A stretch of DNA of 64,000 nucleotides, from NCBI GenBank assembly GCA_951406725.2, contig OX597815.1, forward strand, positions 106,454,001-106,518,000, in the 5' to 3' direction. This document shows, piece by piece, positions 39,716 through 51,221 of the stretch. Within the stretch, counting starts at the first letter, position 1; each line of letters begins with the position of its first letter. This DNA is from Octopus vulgaris. Taxonomy: Eukaryota. Both the position numbers and the translations under genes were made by a program. The notes under the pieces are model-generated. The model was not told the DNA's origin and made no database searches. It saw only the letters and a list, made by a program, of their open reading frames with translations.

Positions 39716-41696
39716 TATTTTAAATAATTTGCCACTAGGGCAGCACACAGAGTAGTAGCTACGGGCTGGACAAGGACATTAATGGATGATGGTGGTGGTT
39801 GATGAAGATGGTGATGGGAGAAGTCGAAAGCGCCTGCCGACTTTTGCTTCTCTAAAACAATGTTTCAATAAATACATTTAATAAACAATGATTCAAATTG
39901 CATAAAAATGTTCAACAATTCTTCTCGTCAGGTCCCCGAAGCAAATTGTCTTGCCGCCTGCAGACAACTCTGCGACGACAAGTCGGGGCCTGCAAAGAGA
40001 AAGGTAAAGTCTTTCTTTTCAAAGGTCTCTGCGACCCTTGACAAAGTATCTTCTGTTACTTTCTCCGCAGCTACCTGCGGAGGCCATAACGGACTCCTTG
40101 AGCCGACCGTGTCCTTACGCTCTCGGTCACCCAAGCCAGTCAAGAATCTTTCAACCTTCTCTCCCTTGTGGTAAAGGAGGAGAAGCATCTCCTCTTCACA
40201 GGGAGGGACCTCACACTCCTCCGTCGGTGGCACACTTCCCACTGGCGGAGCCTTGTCCGCGGGTGGCACACATCCCACCCGCGGCTCCGTCGGCGACACA
40301 GAAACGTCAGTCGTCCGACCTCTCCTTTTTCTCCTCCTTCTTTTGGGGAGACTGCTGACCCAGGGGACTCCGTCACCAGACACGGGGGATTGCTATCCCC
40401 CTTCGCCCCCTGAGCGTTCTTTGGCGGGCAACCATTGTTGCTCGCCTTTCTCTTTCTTTTCGTGGAGGCAACCTCCTCCACGACTTCCATCGTCTCCCCC
40501 TCCAATGAGGGGGCGGCGGGCGCCTTTTCCCCTCTCTGCTCCGGGGCACCACTACGGCCCCTGGGACAATTCTTCCTGATATGTCCGGGCCTCAGGCACA
40601 GGTGACACTTGGGGGGGCGACCCTCGAGTATCACCGGGTACCTGTGCCCAGCCATTCTCAGGAAGTCCGGGAATTTCATTTCCCCCACCGCTACCGGTGT
40701 CCACAGGGTCAAGGTTGCCCTCGACCCCTGCCAGGCGACCGCAGGAGCCACCTTCACACTTAGCAGTCTGGGTCCGCTATCCCCCAGGCCTCGCCGGATG
40801 GTCTTTTCGATCCATTCCGCCTCCGTGCCCGGGGGCAGCCCACACACCCAGGCTCTTTTCACTTTTCTGCCACAATACGAGGGGAGGAACAAAATTTCCT
40901 CTCCCTCCAGTGGCTCGCTAGCAAATCTGCTAGCTTCCTCGGGGGTACCAAATAGCAACCAGACCGTTGCAAATTTGCTCCCCGAGAAATAAATTTTATA
41001 GTTGGCAGGTAGTCCCCCAACTCTTTCTCTATAGTATTCTTGTCGAAGAGGGCAATGGCTCCACGCGACCTAGAATAGGTTCGTAGGACCACCGTCCTCT
41101 TCTCAAGACTTTCAATCCACGCTTTGGGTGGGATGACCTCCCATTCCAAAGCGGTGGTTTCTTTTGTTGCCATGTTTTTTTGTTTTTTTTTTAAATAAAT
41201 GTATTTAGAATAAAACTAAAAAACGAGAAGAAAAGGAAATCCGAAGAAAGTCACAATGAAAAACGGAGAGAGTCAAATAAAGTTAAAAAGAAAGTCAAAT
41301 AAAGTTAAAAAGAAAGTCAAAAACACAGCAAAATCCTTTTGGCCATTTGGTACTCCCGGCCTAAATCGAACCAGGATCGCACAACTTCCACAAAAATTGG
41401 TGTAAAATTGGTAGTTCTTCACAGCACCATACAATTTTCACAATTCGAAGACGGATACGCCCCCCAAAATTTTCTCAGCGAGAAAAATATATCTGCCACA
41501 TGTCGGCAGAATCAGAATTCTGAATCCAGTAGGACTTCCTGCATGTAAAAAATAATTCTCAACAAAAACTCCCACTGGATCCAGAAAACAGAATCTTACC
41601 TTACATGGGGCTTCCAAAGTTTTCAATTCAAGACGGCTTCAAAAGCACATCTTCACTGCTTCAGTAGCAAACACAACACTGACTCGCACATGCGCA
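39716..41696 (-). mobile_element. ORF1-only non-LTR element B (diverged paralogue of A)
   Basis: Flanked by gttagcaagctactt (39701-39715) and gttagctagctactt (41697-41711). Same layout and homologous 3' tail. Confidence 0.8.
39928..41173 (-). pseudogene. ORF1-like protein of element B (~415 aa, 2 frameshifts)
   Basis: LEWEVIPPK..RTVVLRTYS..YLPTIKFISRG..FASEPLEG..CGLPP..EGRPPKCHLCLRPGHIRKNCP..WPPQVA, aligning to element A throughout. Confidence 0.8.
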
Positions 41697-42749
41697 GTTA
41701 GCTAGCTACTTCCCACACAGCCACTCCTGCACCTTTTTAACAACTTTTTAACCGTAAAGGTATTTTAATATGCAGCCACATTTTTTGATGGAATTTTTTT
41801 TTCTGCAGGAAAAAAAACTTCATCCTATATTAGTAGTATATATATATATAATATATACACACACAATATACATGCATACGCACGCACATGATTATGCAAT
41901 TATATACATGCATACATACGCACATGTTTATGCAATTATGCATGTATGTATAGGTACGTGTGTGTAACTATGCACACACACACATACACATAAGGTCACA
42001 CACACAAGCATGTGCATACGTGTACACACGCATACATTCGTACGCTTACACGCACACACACGTATATACCTTTTACATAATTTTCATTATCTGTCAATTA
42101 ACTTGAAACACTTAAAGTTACCCCATTGCCGTCTACACAAGTTCGATCAATAAATCAACAACAATAACTTTTAATTGATTATTCATTTATTAATTATGTT
42201 GCCGAGGAAATCTGTTAAACAAATTACATTGGCCGACTTCTTGACCACGAAGCTCAAAACTACACCAGAGAAATGCTGATTTCAAATAATTTAGTTAACT
42301 CCTCGTTGTTCTTTTCCTTTTCTTTCTTTCTTTCTTGTGTACGTATCACATGTCCACTAAGAGATTTTCTCTCAGACAAACGCCACAATATCATACCTTT
42401 CAATGATGTATAGACATTACAAATATGTCTATTTTAATTCAATACTATTTCAATTGCGTACATCGAAGATCTGTCTGTCTGTCTGTCTGTCTGTCTGAAG
42501 TACAACTTTCAAATGACTTAATATAGTACTATAAGTATTGTGCAAGAGGAGAGATGGATATTAAATTTTTATGTTCAAGAGAAGGCTTACTATTCGGCTT
42601 GTTCTCTGAATAAAGAGGCAAATTTCAACATCTATATATAGATACTATATATAGATACTATATATAGATACTTTCAAACAAACATGATTTTTAATGAAAT
42701 CCTAATATATTTTTTTACAATTTTGGAAAATGGAAGAATGAATATCTGA

Positions 42750-44276
42750 ATTAAAAAACGTTTATTTTAAGGTTTGCTGTATCACATACTTATTTTTTCT
42801 TAAAATTTAAGATTGTGTGCAATTGCCTTTATAAAAAAAATTTTTGGCTTGGATCATATTTTTTCATGGCGTTTTTTATACGCTGGTTCATATCTCTGTA
42901 TTTTTTCTTTTAGCTTGGTTCTTCTTGCAAAAACTTCTGACAAACCTTTCCCCATTTAATCACATCAGTAAGTTTCCAAATATTTGGATGACTAATATTC
43001 ACTGTGTTTTTTTCGCGCGTTATGGTAGGCTTCTAAACTAGTTGTAGTACGAGCAATCCCCGTCATACATCGATCCCAAGCATTCCATATAAGTAATGCA
43101 AATGGATGTTCAAGGCGTCACCTCCTCTGTCCTCTTCCTCTAGGTGGTCCTGCATAATTATTTTAAAAATAAGATACAATTGACTGTGGAATATCATAAT
43201 CATCTACAAGTTGTTCATATCCATCTACAACATCATCAATCGGCAGGAGGGCAAAGGCAACAAAACAACGCATTTTTAGACTAGAACTGTCATTTTCGTG
43301 ATATCTGCATTTTAGTCCTTTTTGCACAACATGCTTGTACACATTTTGTCCTAAATGAAACAAGCAGCATGCCAAATTCGAGCCAGGAAACGATTCCAGA
43401 AATCCGTTATGGGCTGCTTTTTCTAAATCCATAATCATATTATCAGATCCTTCATTCTGCAGTAATTCATTTATTTTAGTTAAAAGTCTACTATATGTGT
43501 CTTGACTTTTGTCAGAGAGCAATGCGAATAGTCGTGGGGCATTAAAATTATCAATTTGAATGTGAAGTATATATAACTGAAAAAATATACGAGAGCATCA
43601 CTTAAATGTTCCATCTGCCGCCCAGTTCTCGAGCTGTTTTAACTGTGGAAGTGCTTCATCACTTGCAAATATTAGTGTTCCTTTTGAATCTTCCATCCTG
43701 CTGTTATATCGTGAAAATGTTTCATCAGTGTCAAGGTAGGAGTATTCACTTGGAATGGAAAACCCAACATTTGTAAGTGGAGTGGCAGGATAGTTGAAGT
43801 TAGCTTGCTTCCAACGTCTAATATTCCTATTAAGCTGTGCAAACGGAGGTATTTGCCACAATGTACAGTCGTTTAAATTCTGAACTTCACTAGAGATAAT
43901 TGAGCGAGGGGCATCACGAGAAGAAATAGACTTTATTTTAATATTTGAAACTATTATCCTTGCATTTACCTCTGCAGTAGTTGAAGCGTGATCATGGATC
44001 CCAATCTTTTTAAGCTCCTTATAATTTTCATCTATATGAAGTCTCGCCTTACATACACGATTTTCGCACCTCTGGTATATCTTCAATCCATCTGCATTCT
44101 GTTTATTTTTTGTGTATATATAATTTTCTTGATCGACCCCATTGATTTTTCCTTCTCTGAAGTTATGATCTTGAAGGTAGTCTTGTTGATGGGTAGGCGT
44201 ATTGAATAAATTTAATTCGATTTGCTTGAAAATCTTTGTTCATAAGCTTTATTCAGCACAGATATTTAAGAGAGGG

Positions 44277-44331
<55 letters not shown>

Positions 44332-44542
44332 AGAGAGATGGAGTTAAAGAAAGGAAAAAAACATCTGAAACTGTGCAGCGACAATTTTAATTCTAAAGTG
44401 ATTGTTCTAAATTTTCCCTCGAAAATCACATTTAAGAGTATTTTGTGACGAATTGAACTGGGTATGAATTGATCAACGACGAATTGACCGGGAATAAATT
44501 AACCGACGATGAAATACCCAAGAACGAATTGTCCTAGCACCA
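42750..44542 (-). mobile_element. Mutator-like (MULE) transposon remnant
   Basis: CENRVCKARLH..HDH zinc finger, WAADGTFK, IMDLEKAA..FPGS..CLFHLGQ MULE motifs. Terminus ggtgctaggacaattcg with subterminal aattcgtc repeats (44445-44542). Confidence 0.85.
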
Positions 44543-45009
44543 CCAATCCCATTCAAATAGCCAACTACTACCATTCATAGCAGTTCGCCAAACTCACTCT
44601 GGCAGCACACACCATGAGTCTATCAGCTATTACTAAATTCAAACTACGCCGGACGGAGGGGATGGCATTAAAGCCGACGATTTTAAACTAACGGAGACAA
44701 CACTCGCAGATCGCCCGAGGAAGCACAACTAGATCTCATTATGCAAACAAGCAGTTGCATAATCAAGTACCTATATTTTTGAAGAACTACTTTGTGTTGA
44801 AACAATTATAGCGATTAAAAAAGTAACTGTCCAACCGTGCTCCTTCTTGTCGACTCCCATTTCTTCAATTTTATATTCTCACACGACGAATGCCCAAACT
44901 TAAACTTGGAAGTATATAATAATACTACCGGATAGTACTGGGCAATTCTGAAGGTGTTCGAACTTTATACGGTACTCTACCACGTTAACGGAATAACTAT
45001 ATACATATA

Positions 45010-45175
45010 TATAGTTTTTTTCTCTCCTTGTGTCTTTCTGTGTCCCTTTCTGTGGAAGAGCGTAGGCTCGAAACGTTAAAAACTTTTTCAATTCCCGAGC
45101 GTTATACTAATACATCTGTTTGTTTTCTACACCACCTGTCTTCGTCTTTTGTTTTTTTCGTGAATTCTACCTATA
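45010..45175 (+). mobile_element. Dispersed repeat, possibly a Penelope-like terminal sequence (second copy 61760-61920 on -)
   Basis: Two homologous copies flanked by (TA)n, with core gaagagcgtaggctcgaaacgt. Confidence 0.5.
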
Positions 45176-45231
45176 TATATATACATGTATGTGTGTGGTT
45201 GTATGAGTGTAAATATATATATATATATATA

Positions 45232-45399
45232 TATCTATACAATATGTTACATTACTCGGTAGTCAAGATAAAACTCTGAGTTTCAGATGCCGAAGTGGAA
45301 ATCCACAACACCATCTCTTCGGTTATGGATTTCCACTTCGGCATCTGAAACTCAGAGTTTTATCTTGACTACCGAGTAATGTAACATATTGTATAGATA
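45232..45399. repeat. Perfect 74-bp inverted repeat with 20-nt loop
   Basis: 45232-45305 is the exact reverse complement of 45326-45399. Confidence 0.95.
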
Positions 45400-46879
45400 A
45401 ATTTCCTCTATTTACATAATATTGAGGTCTCTTTCTTTCTTTTGTTATCTTACCGTTTTATCATATATATATATATATATATATATATAGGAAGGGGAGA
45501 GAGAGAGAGAGAGAGTAGTGAAGTAGAAAAAGATCAGAGTATGCGCAGCAAAAATACTGAATACAAGGAATGTGTATATTTTAATTGAAGGCAAAGATGT
45601 ATGAATCATTATTCTGATCTGAGCTTCACGTAGACAACTATTTAATCGTTTGAAGTTGGAGAGCAGCGTGATGATACATAAGTAAAAACATTCGTAAAAC
45701 CATCGAAATATAAATTATCGCTATTTAATTGATTATCCAAAACCCTTCAGATCCCAACAATGTACTTTTTCCACTTGTATGCACAAACATTTTCACCAAT
45801 CAAAACGGTTCTCTTTACTTTGTCGAAAACTGTCAATACATAAGGCTACAATAACTGAAAATGGAACAGTATCCCACAAAAATATCTGCAAAGAATGCTT
45901 TTGATGTTACAGAAAAAAAATTAAGTGCCTAATTGAAAAGAGCAAATATCTAATCAAGAGAATGAGATGGAAGTTAAAGGTAATACGTTTTAGCATTAGT
46001 AAATAAGATCTGACAGAGATGTCAATATTTCATAGTGTGTTAGTAGAACATAAGATTGAGATTCACATATAAAAGAAAGGCTTAAGAAAGAGTCAATAAA
46101 GAAGTAAGACAAATTATCTCCATGAACAAAATCCGTTGAAGTGTGCTAAAGAAGTTCGCTAAAGAGATTACAACAAATCAAATTCTAGGCCAATAAATTA
46201 AGTGCGGAAAGAACTATGTGTTTGGCAACGAAAAAAATAATAGATGAATATTTATCGGAAGAGAAATGATTATTTTCCAGTATTTAAGAAATAATTATTA
46301 AAACGATAAAAACAAATGTTCAGGAACATTTCAATAATTCAAAGGGATTTTGTTTGAACAGCAGCCAGATAATGGTTTAAAAAATCATTGGTTAAAATTT
46401 AATAATAGATGATAAAATCACCTACAGAAAAAACCCCACCAAAAGGCCAAGGGGAAGGGGAAGAGAATGCCAAGGCGTTTCTTAAGGATTTTCACGAACA
46501 ATTAGCAAAATCTAAAATCTCTTTAAATTTGTCAAGCTTATATAATCTAATTTCTTCCCACCCTGTGGTAAAATAAAGAATATCCCTCGTTAGAGTTTTC
46601 GTAGTGTTCGCCTTGACTGAATTCCAGAGTTTTCGGGAGATCACAATTCAAAGAAATTGACGGCAAATTAGATAATTAGTGCAACACATAGCCGTCAAAA
46701 CTCTTGCCGAACGCGAGAGCACAGAACTGATTAATTCATCTATATGCGAACACTTTCTTTGAATATTTTATGAGCGTTGATTAGGCAATTTTGTGCGCGT
46801 TTGTTTATGTTAAAGATGTATTATTATACTACTTATGTGTATGCGTGTTTGTTTGTTGTGCTATAACAAGGAAAAGAGT

Positions 46880-47300
46880 TAAGGCTTGAGATATCGAAAA
46901 TACATACCAAAGAATAAAAAAACAAGAACTATTTGAATTCGATATTCTCAATATGATAAAAACAAGATAAGTACTTGTTATGGTTTTAGCCATTCTGGAG
47001 GAGCATGGGGAGATTGTGGAGGTGAAGTCCACCCCACAACTCAACAGGACTGCAATTCTTATGGAATTACAGATTCTAGTTTCTACAGAGGAAATAAATC
47101 GCATTCCTGATTTTTCTGTTTCGGGGAATGCGAACAGATACCAGTTTCTATAGAAAGAAAAAAAAAGTGTTTTGTGTGTGGGAATTCGAACCACCTCAAA
47201 GCCTTTTGCTCCTCGGTGGACAAAGCTCGAATCTCTCCACCGTTATTACCAACTACTCAAGGTGAGGACAAATATATTACCTCGCATCTGCCTCCTTCCT
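46880..47300 (+). pseudogene. Decayed L1/Tx1-type ORF1 with CCHC knuckle
   Basis: ILEEHGEIVEVK...RIPDF..., KKCFVCGNSNHLKAFC. Confidence 0.55.
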
Positions 47301-47474
47301 TCGACTCAGGCCTCACAAAAGCAAAGTCCTCATTGACTTCGCACCGAAATAAAGACCAGCCCAAATTGAATGCTCTAAGGCATGACGGTAAAAAGAAAAA
47401 TCCATCACAACTCCAACTTAAAAACAAATCAACACCAACATCAACATCTTCATAACAAGGCAACCAATTTTTAT

Positions 47475-47647
47475 AAACACGATCCGTGGAATAAGCTGCC
47501 GGACGAGATGGTGAAGATGCCGACGACCGCTCGGTTCAAAGTCTCCCTTGACCTCAAGTGGCCTGAACTCTTTACATGAACACCACTCTGTACATAACTC
47601 CATGTCCCCCTACATGGCCTTGCTTTTTGCTTTTTGAGCCAAAAAAT

Positions 47648-47678
<31 letters not shown>
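47475..47678 (+). mobile_element. CR1/L2-like LINE 3' end with (CTAA)n tail
   Basis: PWNKLPDEMV...FKVSLD..W then (ctaa)n. Confidence 0.65.
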
Positions 47679-47679
<1 letters not shown>

Positions 47680-48129
47680 AACCACGAAAAAAAACCCACA
47701 AAAAATACGAAAACAAAAAAGAAACACCCGAAAACAAAATGACTAACAGTCACACTCTCAGGTACGTATTTCATCAACTTTACTGTTATTCAGAAGAGCA
47801 ACATTAAATTGATTGAGGAAGTTATTAATAACAAAAACATTACAACAAGTGGAGAAAGTTTTGCGGAACTGCCCCCGAAAACTCCACTGGACAAGAAGTT
47901 AATTTAAACAGATACGGACATGTATCTTGACTTGAAACCGAAATTCCCCCAGGACTTTGGAGAGTTTAGCAAGTATCCCGCAAAAAACTTCCTAGAAAAA
48001 CCATTCCCCACTCCCACCTCGACCAAAAAGAAGACTGTGTCAGCAGTCATCCCTGAAAACCAAGGTATGTAATTCCATTTTCTTTCCTCTAAGTTAAACT
48101 GTTCAGAAACTTCCAGCTTTCTGACAGGT

Positions 48130-50850
48130 ATCGATTGGATTTCCCTGATGTGCCATCACAATGGATCATCCAGACCGTATCTAGATAGAGTATTTGTTAG
48201 GTTAGCGGATAAGGAAAGTATAGGGTGTCCACAATTCAAATTGGCTGGCTACACAGCCCACGAATTTGTGATCTGCACAGTCGATTTAGATAGGACGAGT
48301 AGACAGGGACCCAGTTACTGGAAGTTGAACGCGTCCTTTCCGGCGCGCAAAGACTACAGCGAGAGGATTAGCGAACTAGTTAAGCGGCAGTTGACGGGGG
48401 CAATCATTAACAACCGGATAGCCCTGAAGAGGGTGATTAGAGCAGAATCCATAGAATTTAGCAAAGAGTTAGCAATAGAAAGAAACAGATTAGAGGGAGA
48501 ACTAGTTAGCAAAATAAAAGAGAACTAGTTAGCAAACTAGTAAAGGCATCGTGACAGACGTGTTAGCGGCTAGAATGGCCCTTGACCATTATTTGAGGCG
48601 AAACATGAAGGTTGCATTGTCAGAGCTAAGGCTCGTATGCTAAAACATAAGGGAACTAAAGCCGTCCGATGGCCTCGAATGGTGGCGACGCGACGTGGCA
48701 ACAAAACTACGATAGGGTGTTTGACGAATCGGGATGGGTGCGTGCTTCATGATTCTGAGCAAATGTGTGCAACTGTTTGGAGGGGGGATGGGTCAACGAC
48801 GGTAGTGGACTTTAGTTAGTACTTAGATGGCCTGCCGCAGTACTCGAGGTTTAGATGGTTTGCCCTATGAATTCTATATATTTGTGCCAGATTTGTTTGG
48901 CGACCTCTTGGCAGACGTTTACCACAACTAGTAACAGAACGGGAGAATTGCCAGTGCTATTAGTCGGGGTGTGGTGATACTGCTGAAGAAGGACGCCTAT
49001 AGTAGGGACATACAAGAGAATTTTTGGTTCATAAATCTGTTAGGCCAAAGTGTTAGCGAAAAGGTTGGTGATTGTCGTTGGTAGTCTAGTAGGGGAAGCA
49101 GAAATGTGCGCAATCCCGAACAGGTCTATCCACGACAACCTCCACCTTATGCGATACATCATAGAGAGGACTGGGATTAAAGCTGGCTTCGGTGGGCCCC
49201 TAATCAGTTTGGATCTATCAAAAGCATTTGATAGGGTCGACAGTCGCTATCTGAAAGCCGTCCTTAAAGCGGCCGGTTTCCAACCCGTTTTCAGAGGCTA
49301 GATCGCTGCAATGTACAGCGGCACATGTTCGGTGGTCAAAGTAAATAACTATCTATCAGAACAGTTTAGTATCCCACGCTCGGTCCGTCAGGGCTGCCCG
49401 TTGTCACCTCTCCTGTACGTGCTGGCTCTCGAGCCACTACTGCGGAATAATTGCGGGGCATCCCTTTCGAACTGAGACTCGGAAGAGCAGTCTACATACG
49501 TGGACGACGTCACCATCATGGTGTCGGATGCCTTCGAAGTTGAGGCGGTCGGCTCCATTCAAGCAGAAGAGTCGGTTGCAGGAGATAAAATCAATGTCGA
49601 GAAGTCAGTGGGCTTGTGACTGGGCATCTGGAGAGGAAGATCGATGCCATCAGACGGCGTCGTCGGACGCTGGACTGACGGACGAATTACAATGCTCGGG
49701 ATCTGGTTTGGTCTCAACCTCCAGGTGGATAAGAAATAGGACGAGTTGACGAACAAGGTGGCCAATCTTACCCAGGAATGGGCTGAGAAGAGGCTGTCCT
49801 TGAAAGGTCGAGCAGAGGTGGCGAATGCCTACATCGCCTCCGTTATCATTTAGCGTCTGACCGTCTTACCTTGCCCCAGTTATTGCTTGATCAAGTTGGA
49901 GCGTCTCTTGTTCATGTTCTTGTGGAAGGGACGCGTTCCAATGGTCAGGTGGTCAATCTGTTGTCAGCTCCCTTTGAGCGGTGGCTTAGGCATGCCGTGG
50001 CTTTTGATGCGGTCAAGTTGCACCATCTGCAACGATTTCTAGAAGGTGAACGTGTGTGGACTCCGTTTGTGAGGCACGTATTTCCACAAATCGTTTCCTT
50101 GACGGAGCTGCAGTCCTGGGTGAAGGATAAACCAAGACTGGGCACCTGGCACTTAAAATGTTGTCAGGCGCTCAGTTTTCTACCAATCGGGCAATAGGAT
50201 CAGTAGATCTTTAGCTATTTATAGAGGATTAGTGGCGGGAAAGTGCGACGACGTCCTAGAGGAGACTCTGGGAGTTGACGAAGATGAACTGACTAGTCTG
50301 TTCCGGGGGACTTTTCGGTCGGGGACTATTATGAATAATTTCCAGATGTCTTTGGCTTGGCAGTGATACCGAGGGGCGCTACCGGTTCGAGATAAACTCT
50401 ACAGGTACAGATGTGCTGTCAGACGGGCATGTTCGAGGTGTGTGCAGTGCGACGAAACCGTTCTGCATGCACTCGTTCCGTGTCCGGCAATTGCTGACTC
50501 GTGGAGTTATGTCGAACAGCTGCTGTCGTGTGTGGGACGGATCCATCTATCGTCCGAGTCTATAATGATGATTGCCCCGCTGCCCTCTTTTAATCGAGCA
50601 GGCAAGGCAGCTTTCCTTTGCCTGGTTACTGTGGCGAAAGAGGTTGTCTGGTGGACGAGGCTGAAAGGAATGAGGACAGACATTCTTCTTTGGTAAAGCC
50701 CTCATCGACTTTTTCAAATTTCACTTAAAAAGGAAATTGAGGGTGGAGAGGGAGGTGGTGTCCTCGAGTGAATTTATGAAAAGGTGGGTGAAAGTTGCGA
50801 AAATGGAAAGAGTGGACGGTACCACTCTCAGTGTAGACCTGTGAGTCGGA
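48130..50850 (+). mobile_element. Decayed Tx1/L1-clade ORF2 (EN end, RT, C-terminal zinc knuckle)
   Basis: YLDRVFV, GPSYWKLN, RSIHDNLHLMR, LDLSKAFDRVD, SVRQGCPLSPLLY, YVDDV, CSRC..CDETVLHAL..C; many stops and frameshifts. Confidence 0.9.
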
Positions 50851-51189
50851 GGAAAAGTAGTTGGAAAAAGTATCTGTCCGCGGTATTCAGGGTGATCTTG
50901 GATGGTGGGGTTCCTCGATCATCCCTAGAGGTCCCCCTGTATCAGGAGAATTTTCCATCAATTTCTTTTTCCTTATTGCTGTATATTATGTATACTTAAT
51001 TTCTTTTAATGTATTCGATGTATACTTTTTTTCTTTTTTACATTCCATTATATGCAAACCTCCACATTTTATGTCTGTTTTCGTAACACCACCACCACCA
51101 CCACCGCCGCCGCCGCCGCCGCCACAGCCGCCGCCACAGCCGCCGCCGCTGCCGCCGCCACAACCACCACTACCTTAGCCATTATTATT

Positions 51190-51221
<32 letters not shown>

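Larger units (their letters stand above)
37043..41733 (-). mobile_element. tRNA-derived CORE-type SINE split in its head by two insertions (body 37043-37467, head 41697-41733)
   Basis: Removing the inserts restores ggtgcaggagtggctgtgtgggaagtagcttgctaaccaaccacatggttccgggttcagtccc (A box ... B box). Confidence 0.85.

Noticed and set aside
37766-41173. Elements A/B as a tandemly duplicated host zinc-knuckle gene or as LTR gag remnants
   Set aside because: TSD-like flanks inside a split SINE, intronless frameshifted ORFs, a dispersed 5'-truncated third copy, and no LTRs, PBS or pol.
42397-42428. Possible 32-nt minus-strand exon (HICNVYTSLK) with AG/GTATGA ends
   Set aside because: Acceptor lacks a pyrimidine tract and no phase-compatible upstream exon was found; cannot be supported.
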